NCBI RefSeq assembly: GCF_001457595.1
Contig: NZ_LN831039.1
Span: forward strand, 2,070,001-2,102,000
Direction: 5' to 3'
DNA length: 32,000 nt
Source of the DNA: Mycolicibacterium smegmatis
GTDB lineage: Bacteria; Actinomycetota; Actinomycetes; Mycobacteriales; Mycobacteriaceae
The notes beneath the pieces were generated by a model. That model saw only the letters and a program-made list of their open reading frames with translations. It searched no databases and was not told where the DNA came from. This document shows, one piece after another, positions 19,401 through 25,141 of this stretch. A program made the position numbers and the translations under genes. Numbering within the stretch: the first letter of the stretch is position 1; each line of letters begins with the position of its first letter.

Positions 19401-19692
19401 CGACGCGGTGTTCGCCGAACCGGACGGCACCACCATGGTTCTCGACTGGAAGACCGGCGACCCGCCGGAAACTCCGGAGGCCAAGGAACACGCGGCGGTT
19501 CAGCTCGCGGTGTACCGGCTGGCGTGGGCGGCAATGCGCGGCTGCCCGCCCGAGTCGGTGCGCGCGGCGTTCCACTATGTCCGTTCCGGTCAGACCGTCA
19601 TCCCCGAAACCCTGCCCGGAGCAGAAGAACTGGTGAAACTGCTCGCCGCAGCGCCGACCGAAACAGCCGAGGAAGCCGACCGGATCACGTGA
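16405..19692 (+). CDS. adnB: helicase-nuclease AdnAB, subunit B (active UvrD-like ATPase plus RecB-like nuclease)
   Basis: GTG 16405 overlaps the adnA stop (GTGA) and gives 1095 aa. Motifs: [53 protein letters not shown], and the nuclease motif GRIDAV...VLDWKTG...QLAVYRLA. Confidence 0.92.
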   Translation: MTQVASPVVQARYSPVELSAALGLFPPTDEQAAVIAAPPGPLVVIAGAGAGKTETMAARVVWLVANGFATPSQVLGLTFTRKAAGQLLRRVRTRLARLAGAGLAPGSGASDESATVSTYHAFAGTLLREHGLLLPVEPDTRLLSETELWQLAYDVVCAHPGHLDTEKTPAAVTAMVLRLSGALAEHLVDTDQLRDTHVELERLVHTLPAGPYQRDRGPSQWLLRMLATQTERTELVPLIDALHQRMRAEKVMDFGMQMAAAARLAARFPQVGEQLRQRFRVVLLDEYQDTGHAQRIALSSLFGGGADDGLALTAVGDPIQSIYGWRGASATNLPRFTTDFPYSDGTPAPTLELRTSWRNPPSTLHVANAVSEEARRRSVAVRALRPRPDAEPGTIRCALLNNVAAERDWVADHLARAYHGAIGRGEAAPTAAVLVRRNADAAPMAEALTARGVPVEVVGVAGLLAVPEVADLVAMLRLIADPTAGSAVMRILTGPRWRFGARDIAALWRRAVELDDRPKGELGTADIVAQAAPDADSACLADAICDPGDAERYSPAGYQRIVALGRELTMLRAHLGHPLPELVAEVRRVLGLDAEARAVRPVAAGWAGTENLDRFSDLVSDFAGHASASVSALLAYLDAAVEVENGLAPAELTVSHDRVQILTVHAAKGLEWQVVAVPHLSARVFPSTTQARTWLTDASDLPPLLRGDRATESEIGVPVLDTSDIYDRKILSDKISDHKKSLDQRRVDEERRLLYVAITRAEDTLLLSGHHWGATESKPRGPSEFLCELKTILEEATAAGTPCGEIEHWAPDPAPGETNPLRDQVVEALWPPVASADDHVHRGAQLVAAAMAGEVSAEADQEGWAADVDALLAERERPPQQEDTELPGQLSVSTLVELSRDPKAALTRLRRRLPQRPDPHALLGTTFHEWVQRYFHAERLFDLDDLPGAVDSDSGRAVEESLAELQDAFVKSPWAARTPVEVEVPFDMVLGETVVRGRIDAVFAEPDGTTMVLDWKTGDPPETPEAKEHAAVQLAVYRLAWAAMRGCPPESVRAAFHYVRSGQTVIPETLPGAEELVKLLAAAPTETAEEADRIT

Positions 19693-20398
19693 TCGCGGTG
19701 CCCACCGCCAGACCGATGCCATAGGTGATCGCGAGTGCAAGGCCGCCGCCGATCACGTTGCGCAACACCGCACGGCCCTTGGGTGCGCCGCCCAGACCCG
19801 CCGACACCGCGCCGGTCAGCATCAGCGCGAGCAGCACGGCCACCACCGTCACCGGGACGCGGGCGGTGGTCGGAGGCACCAGGATCGCGATCAGTGGCAG
19901 CAGCGCGCCGGTGGTGAAAGCCAGCGCCGAGGACATCGCGGCCTGCCACGGGTTGGTCAGTTCGGTGGGGTCGATCCCCAGTTCGATCTCGGCGTGCGCG
20001 GCGAAGGCGTCGTGGTCTGAGAGTTCCTCGGCCACCGCACGCGCGGTCGCAGGCGACAATCCCTTGCCTTCGTAGAGGGCCGCGAGTTCGTCCAACTCGG
20101 CGGCCGGATCTTCGCGCAGTTCGCGCCGTTCCTTGCTCAGGAGTGCACGTTCGGTGTCGCGCTGCGTGCTCACCGAGACGTACTCGCCCAGGGCCATCGA
20201 GACCGCCCCGGCGGCCAACCCGGCTATGCCTGCGGTCAGGATGGGCTCGCGCGATGCGGTCGCCGCGGCAACGCCGACGACGATGCCCGCGGTGGAGACG
20301 ATGCCGTCGTTGGCTCCCAGGACACCGGCCCGCAGCCAGTTGAGTTTCGATGCGACGGAACCGATGTGCGGTTCTGCGGGATGCGTGGAATTGGCCAC
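19685..20398 (-). CDS. VIT1/CCC1-family iron/manganese transporter
   Basis: NWLRAGVLGANDGIVSTAGIVVGVAAA signature, a central acidic helical metal-binding-type segment (ERRELREDPAAELDELAALYE), and C-terminal TM helices. Its 3' end overlaps the adnB stop by 8 nt (convergent). Confidence 0.85.
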   Translation of the reverse strand: MANSTHPAEPHIGSVASKLNWLRAGVLGANDGIVSTAGIVVGVAAATASREPILTAGIAGLAAGAVSMALGEYVSVSTQRDTERALLSKERRELREDPAAELDELAALYEGKGLSPATARAVAEELSDHDAFAAHAEIELGIDPTELTNPWQAAMSSALAFTTGALLPLIAILVPPTTARVPVTVVAVLLALMLTGAVSAGLGGAPKGRAVLRNVIGGGLALAITYGIGLAVGTAIT

Positions 20399-20529
20399 GA
20401 TTGTGACGATATCGATCAGAACGGCGCGTCACCAGCAACCATAGCCTTGCCAAACTTTCGTGCAACGCACGCGAAACCGGCTGCGTCCGCAATGTTCCGC
20501 GCCATACCGGCGCGGGCCCGGAAAGTCGG

Positions 20530-20919
20530 TCAGGAGTGGCGGTACACCTTGAGCGCGGTGGTGATCATCGGAATCTGCAGGGGCAGGCGGGCGATCGCGC
20601 CGAGGCGCAGCGGCCACGGCTTGTTCCACCACAGCCGCACCATGTTGACGTTGGCCGGGAACACCGAGATGAACAGCGCCACCGCGGCCAGCGCGCCGAG
20701 CCTGCGGGTGCGCGGGGAGGCGAGCAGGGCGCCGGTGGCGAGCTCGCCTACGCCCGAGGCGTAGGTGTAGAACCGTGCGCTTCCCGGCAGTTCGGCGGGA
20801 ACGATCGAGTCGAACGGTTTGGGGGCGAGGAAGTGCAGGGTCCCGATGCCGAACAACATCGCCGCGAGGCGACGTGCTTCGGGAGCGGCGGTGATCTGCG
20901 CGGGCGAGGGTGCGGTCAT
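20530..20919 (-). CDS. DoxX-like small integral membrane protein
   Basis: 129 aa from ATG 20919 (MTAPSPAQ), with four hydrophobic segments and a GVGELATGALLA motif typical of DoxX-type proteins. The longer start at 20961 is possible. Confidence 0.55.
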   Translation of the reverse strand: MTAPSPAQITAAPEARRLAAMLFGIGTLHFLAPKPFDSIVPAELPGSARFYTYASGVGELATGALLASPRTRRLGALAAVALFISVFPANVNMVRLWWNKPWPLRLGAIARLPLQIPMITTALKVYRHS

Positions 20920-20988
20920 GGTTACATTGTGGCGTGCGACTGCTCGGATCGGTCCAGGCAAACACTGGCCGGCTGTCCTGGATGACTC

Positions 20989-22083
20989 GTGGCTAAAGGC
21001 AGGTTACGGCGCCGCCTGGCCGCCATCGACTCGAATCTGACCTCGCAGCCAGACGCCGCGCTCGTGGATGTGTTGCGGATTCCCGAACCGTTCATCAGCC
21101 CGAGCCGCAAGATCGCGATGCGCCTGCTCTACGCGACCGGCGCCCTGTTCGCGGCCGTGTTGATCGTCTACCTGGACCGCCACGGCTACCGCGACATCAA
21201 CGCCACGCCGGACGAGAACGATCCGCTGTCGTTCTTGGACTGCCTCTACTATGCGACGGTCTCGCTGTCGACGACCGGCTACGGCGACATCACGCCGTAC
21301 ACCGAGTCGGCGCGGCTGGTCAACGTCCTGGTCATCACGCCGTTGCGGGTGGCGTTCCTGATCGTCCTCATCGGCACCACGGTGGAAACGCTGACCACCC
21401 AGTCGCGGCAGGCGCTGAAGATCCAGCGATGGAGGAGCAAAGTGCGCAACCACACCGTGGTGATCGGATACGGCACCAAGGGCCGCACGGCCGTGGCGGC
21501 CATGGTCGGCGACGATGTCGCACCGGCCGACATCGTCGTCGTCGACGAGAACGCCTCGGCGTTGGAGCGGGCGCGAAGCGCTGGGCTGGTCACCGTGCAC
21601 GGCGACGCCACGAAGTCCGACATCTTGCGCCTCGCGAGCGCCCAGCACGCCAAGGCGATCATCGTCGCCACCGACGACGACGCGAGCGCTGTGCTGGTGA
21701 CGCTGACCGCCCGCGAACTGGCCCCCAAGGCCAAGATCATCGCCGCGGCGCGCGAGGCCGAGAACCAGCACCTGCTGCGGCAGTCGGGTGCGGACTCGAC
21801 GGTGGTGTCCTCGGAGACGGCGGGCCGTCTGCTGGGTATCGCCACGCAGACTCCGAGCGTGGTGGAGATGATGGAAGACCTGCTGACGCCCGACGCCGGC
21901 TTCGCGATCGCCGAACGGGAGGTCAGCCCGAAAGAGGAGGGCGGTTCGCCGCGGCACCTGCACGACATCGTGCTCGGGGTCGTGCGCGGCGGCCGCCTGG
22001 TGCGCGTCGACGATCCGGAGGTCGACGCGCTGGAGGCCGGCGACCGGCTCCTGTACATCCGCAGTGCGGACGCCGAACGATGA
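20989..22083 (+). CDS. two-TM potassium channel with cytoplasmic RCK/TrkA-N (NAD-binding fold) domain
   Basis: K+ selectivity filter in SLSTTGYGDITP, and RCK Rossmann motif HTVVIGYGTKGR. 364 aa, Rv3200c-like. The start codon (GTG 20989) was not verified. Confidence 0.85.
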   Translation: MAKGRLRRRLAAIDSNLTSQPDAALVDVLRIPEPFISPSRKIAMRLLYATGALFAAVLIVYLDRHGYRDINATPDENDPLSFLDCLYYATVSLSTTGYGDITPYTESARLVNVLVITPLRVAFLIVLIGTTVETLTTQSRQALKIQRWRSKVRNHTVVIGYGTKGRTAVAAMVGDDVAPADIVVVDENASALERARSAGLVTVHGDATKSDILRLASAQHAKAIIVATDDDASAVLVTLTARELAPKAKIIAAAREAENQHLLRQSGADSTVVSSETAGRLLGIATQTPSVVEMMEDLLTPDAGFAIAEREVSPKEEGGSPRHLHDIVLGVVRGGRLVRVDDPEVDALEAGDRLLYIRSADAER

Positions 22084-23015
22084 GCGAACACCGCACGTTC
22101 GGGCTCCGTAACGTCCCGCTGCTGTCCCGGGTCGGCGCCGATCGCGCCGATACCTTGCGCACCGACGTCGACGCCGCCCTGGCGGGCTGGCCCGACGCGC
22201 TGGTGCTACGCGTGGACCGCCGCAACCAGGTGCTCATCGCCAACGGTCAGGTGGTGCTCGGTGAGGCCGGCGCACTCGGAGACCGGCCGCCCGAGCACGC
22301 GGTGTTCCTGGGACGTCTGCAGGACGGCAGGCACGTATGGGGTATCCGGGCGGATCTGGAGGCGCCCGAGGATGCCGACCTGGGGACCGAGGTGCTCGAC
22401 CTGCGCCGGGCCGGGCAGATCTTCGACGACACCAGCGCCCAGTTGGTGGCGACCGCCACGGCGCTGCTCAACTGGCATGACAACGCGCGGCACAGCGCGA
22501 TCGACGGGGCGCCGACCCGGCCCGCCAAGGGCGGCTGGTCGCGCGTCAACCCGCTGACCGGTCACGAGGAGTTCCCGCGGATCGATCCCGCCGTCATCTG
22601 CCTGGTGCACGACGGGCATGACCGGGCGGTGCTGGCCCGTCAGACGCTGTGGCCGGAGCGGTTGTTCTCGATTCTGGCCGGGTTCGTCGAGGCCGGCGAG
22701 TCGTTCGAGACGTGCGTGCAACGCGAGATCGCCGAGGAGGTCGGGCTCACGGTCACCGACGTGCAGTACCTCGGCAGCCAGCCGTGGCCGTTCCCGCGCT
22801 CGCTCATGGTCGGTTTCCACGCGATCGGCGATCCCGAGCAGCCGTTCTCCTACAACGACGGCGAGATCGCCGAGGCCGCGTGGTTCACCCGCGATGAGAT
22901 CCGCGCGGCACTCGATCAGGGGGACTGGAACAGCGACTCGCCGTCACGGCTCCTGCTGCCAGGCTCCATCTCGATCGCCCGCGAGATCATCGAATCCTGG
23001 GCCGCACTCGACTGA
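22080..23015 (+). CDS. nudC: NADH pyrophosphatase / NAD-cap decapping Nudix hydrolase
   Basis: ATG 22080 overlaps the channel gene stop (ATGA). Nudix box GFVEAGESFETCVQREIAEEVGL followed by the NudC-type QPWPFP motif. 311 aa versus about 313 aa recalled for Rv3199c. Confidence 0.9.
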   Translation: MSEHRTFGLRNVPLLSRVGADRADTLRTDVDAALAGWPDALVLRVDRRNQVLIANGQVVLGEAGALGDRPPEHAVFLGRLQDGRHVWGIRADLEAPEDADLGTEVLDLRRAGQIFDDTSAQLVATATALLNWHDNARHSAIDGAPTRPAKGGWSRVNPLTGHEEFPRIDPAVICLVHDGHDRAVLARQTLWPERLFSILAGFVEAGESFETCVQREIAEEVGLTVTDVQYLGSQPWPFPRSLMVGFHAIGDPEQPFSYNDGEIAEAAWFTRDEIRAALDQGDWNSDSPSRLLLPGSISIAREIIESWAALD

Positions 23016-23037
23016 GTGGCCCATTCTCGGGATAAGG

Positions 23038-23295
23038 TCAGCCGAGCTTGGCCTTGACCTGCTTGATGGTCGGGTTGGTCAGCGTGGATCCGTCGGCGAA
23101 CTTGACCGTCGGCACCACGTGATTGCCGCCGTTGACCGAACCGACGAACTCGGCTGCTGCGGGATCGCCCTCGATGTCGACCTCGGTGTAGGGGATGCCT
23201 TCGGCCTTGAGAGCGGTCTTCAGGCGAGAGCAGTAGCCGCACCATGTGGTGGTGTACATGATGAGTTCGCTGGAAGCAGTAGTCATAGTGTGCAC
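23038..23295 (-). CDS. mrx1: mycoredoxin (glutaredoxin-like, mycothiol-dependent)
   Basis: IMYTTTWCGYCSRLK with the CGYC active site, and VPTVKFADGSTLTNP. 85 aa from ATG 23295, or 82 aa from ATG 23286. Rv3198A-like position. Confidence 0.85.
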   Translation of the reverse strand: MHTMTTASSELIMYTTTWCGYCSRLKTALKAEGIPYTEVDIEGDPAAAEFVGSVNGGNHVVPTVKFADGSTLTNPTIKQVKAKLG

Positions 23296-23676
23296 AACGT
23301 AACTCAGCCGGGCGGTATGCCTGTGATCAGGTCACGCCATAACGGCCGCGCGGTGTGATGGGAGAGACACGACCACGTCGGGTTGTACCCGTGGCCGGGG
23401 ACTCCCACGAATCGGACGAATTACGCCTGCGGGTACGGCAATTCGTCGCCGAACAACAACCGGCGGGCACGATCGGGTGTTACGCCGACAGCGCCGGTTG
23501 AGACGAGGAGTTGGCCCGCGCGCGACCGCCGGCGCACCGGGCGAAGCCGTGCGGACCGACCGGTCTTCGGCGACTTCGCGGTCGCGGCGGTGCGCCCGTC
23601 GTGTCGCCGCACCGGGACGCTCGCCGCACCGATCTCGCGACCGGCGCGCCGGGCTGGGGGCGCTCATCGCCGGCAT

Positions 23677-23721
23677 CTGATCTTGAGGTGCACACGCCGC
23701 TGATCTTGAGTGGCGCACGCC
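23677..23721. repeat. two imperfect 22-bp direct repeats, 23-bp period
   Basis: CTGATCTTGAGGTGCACACGCC (23677-23698) and CTGATCTTGAGTGGCGCACGCC (23700-23721). The first 11 nt are identical and 19/22 match overall. About 100 bp upstream of the CsbD-like start. Confidence 0.7.
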
Positions 23722-23823
23722 ACAATGCACGCGGATCGGATTAGCCCGGTCCCATCCGTGGAACCCCTGAGGTCAGATCCGCATGCTCACCACGAGTTGC
23801 GGTTGATGCCGAAGGGGGAATGG

Positions 23824-24393
23824 ATGACCCAGCACAGCAAATCCGACCAGGCGCGTAAGAGCTTCATCGACTCGGTGAAGGGCACCGCCAAGGAGGTTGT
23901 CGGTGCTGTCACCGGCAACGACTCGCTGACCGCCGAGGGCCAGCTGGAGAAGACGCAGGCCAAGGAACGCAGGGAAGCCGGTCGCGCTGCGGCGGTGGCC
24001 GACGCCGAGGCCCGCCAGGCTCGCGCCGAGGAGGCGCAGGCCCAGGCTGATGGCGCACAGAAGCGCGCCGCAGTAGCCGCAGAGGCCGCGGTTGTCGAGA
24101 ACGACGTGCGCGCCCAGCAGGACGCCCAGAAGCGTGAGGCCGAGGCCGCCGCGCGGCGTGACGCCGAACGTCAGAAGACGCAGGCCGACATCGACGCCCA
24201 ACGTGAGGTTCAGTTGGCGGACGCAGCGGAACGCTCCGACGTCGCCGTGGCCCGCCAGGAGGCCGCCGAGGCGGCTGCTGATCACCAGGACGCGGTCAAG
24301 GAGTCGGCAGACGTGCGGGCCCGGGCCGATCGCATGCGCCAGGAGGCCGACAAATTGACCGAAGAAGCCGACCTGCCCGGCGACGAGAAATAG
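23824..24393 (+). CDS. CsbD-like stress-protein domain fused to a long Ala/Glu/Gln/Arg coiled coil
   Basis: GAAGGGGGAA Shine-Dalgarno sequence before ATG 23824. The N-terminus KSFIDSVKGTAKEVVGAVTGNDSLTAEGQLEKTQAK matches the CsbD pattern (KGxxKExxGxxTGNxxLxxEG). The remaining ~130 aa are low-complexity helical sequence. 189 aa. Confidence 0.75.
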   Translation: MTQHSKSDQARKSFIDSVKGTAKEVVGAVTGNDSLTAEGQLEKTQAKERREAGRAAAVADAEARQARAEEAQAQADGAQKRAAVAAEAAVVENDVRAQQDAQKREAEAAARRDAERQKTQADIDAQREVQLADAAERSDVAVARQEAAEAAADHQDAVKESADVRARADRMRQEADKLTEEADLPGDEK

Positions 24394-24401
24394 GAGTGCA
24401 C

Positions 24402-25058
24402 ATGAGGATCACAGACGTCCCGTTCGCCGTTCTGCGCCTGCAATACCAGGTGGCCAGGCTGCCGCTGCAACTGATCGAGGACCAGGTCATGACGCGCCTG
24501 GACCCGGAGACGCCGGCGCGGCTGTTCTACGAGCGCTCGTTCGGCAAGCTCGACGAGACCGTCGGTGGCGCGTTGGGCGCCGTGGACCTGCGTGAGCGGG
24601 GCTCCGCGCTCGTCGAGCGCAGCAACGCGCTGCTGCGGGCCATCCAGCTGGAGGCCGAGGCGACCCGCAACACCCGTGAGGCCGACGCGGAACTCCGGGA
24701 GGCCCAGGCGGAGGCGGCCGAGGACCTGAAGGACGCTCGCGCCGACCGCGAGCAGAACGTCAAGGAAGCCCGGTCGACGGCGCTGCAGCGCAAGCAGGCC
24801 GCCGAACAGGCACGCCAGAAGCGCACCCAGACCGCCAAGGCCAAGACCGACGAAGTGGCCGCCAAGCGCAAGGAGGTCGCCCAGACCGCCAAGCAGCGCA
24901 AGGAAGAGGCGATCAACACCGTCGAACAGGCCAAGACCAAGAACGCTCGGGCCAAGCTCGCCGACGCGCAGGAAACCCGCGTCGAGGCGGCCGAGAAGAT
25001 CGTCGAAGCCGACCAGATCGAGGAGTGGGCCGAGGCCGAGAAGGCCAAACGTTCCTGA
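24402..25058 (+). CDS. coiled-coil protein with LEA-like 11-residue Lys/Ala/Gln/Glu repeats
   Basis: AGGAG (24392-24396) overlaps the upstream stop, 5 nt before ATG 24402. The C-terminal half can be parsed as 11-mers (QTAKAKTDEVA AKRKEVAQTAK QRKEEAINTVE QAKTKNARAKL ADAQETRVEAA). 218 aa. Family not recognised. Confidence 0.65.
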   Translation: MRITDVPFAVLRLQYQVARLPLQLIEDQVMTRLDPETPARLFYERSFGKLDETVGGALGAVDLRERGSALVERSNALLRAIQLEAEATRNTREADAELREAQAEAAEDLKDARADREQNVKEARSTALQRKQAAEQARQKRTQTAKAKTDEVAAKRKEVAQTAKQRKEEAINTVEQAKTKNARAKLADAQETRVEAAEKIVEADQIEEWAEAEKAKRS

Positions 25059-25074
25059 CCTGACGCTCGCTCAA

Positions 25075-25109
25075 CCGAACACCGACGACCCGAGGTCGTC
25101 GGTGTTCGG
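25075..25109 (+). terminator. perfect 16-bp stem hairpin after the coiled-coil gene pair
   Basis: CCGAACACCGACGACC, loop CGA, GGTCGTCGGTGTTCGG, beginning 17 nt after the stop at 25058. It is followed only by CCTTGTC, a weak U-tract. Confidence 0.6.
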
Positions 25110-25111
25110 CC

Positions 25112-25134
25112 TTGTCGGGCGGTGCTGACATCAT
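25112..25134 (+). promoter_or_regulatory. candidate RecA-NDp / PafBC-type promoter for a leaderless uvrD2 mRNA
   Basis: TTGTCGGGC (25112-25120), 8 nt, CATCAT (25129-25134), 7 nt, then ATG 25142. The spacing is identical to the adnA arrangement, 30 nt from the first T of TTGTCGG to the A of ATG. Confidence 0.4.
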
Positions 25135-25141
25135 GGTCGGC

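Noticed and set aside
20435-20455. Possible IdeR iron box upstream of the VIT transporter gene (reverse complement GTTTGGCAAGGCTATGGTTGC).
   Set aside because: By my count only 11 of 19 positions match the recalled consensus TTAGGTTAGGCTAACCTAA, and the second half-site is essentially absent.
23383-23730. Track ORFs in the mrx1/CsbD gap (23383..23703 +, 23332..23730 -, 23480..23725 -, 23511..23744 +) as possible small genes.
   Set aside because: They overlap one another in several frames, are Arg/Pro-rich, and have no Shine-Dalgarno sequence or motif support. I treated the region as non-coding or unknown and reported it as a finding instead.
23801-23823. Possible SigF-type promoter (GGTT...GGGGAAT) directly before the CsbD-like ATG.
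   Set aside because: The -10-like element would end only about 3 nt from the ATG, and it does not match GGGTA. The G-rich stretch reads better as the Shine-Dalgarno sequence.
25112-25141. TTG 25112 or ATG 25133 as the uvrD2 start.
   Set aside because: TTG 25112 begins 2 nt after a 16-bp terminator stem and coincides with the promoter-like box. ATG 25133 lies within the -10-like hexamer. ATG 25133 is still possible, so the call rests on the promoter inference.
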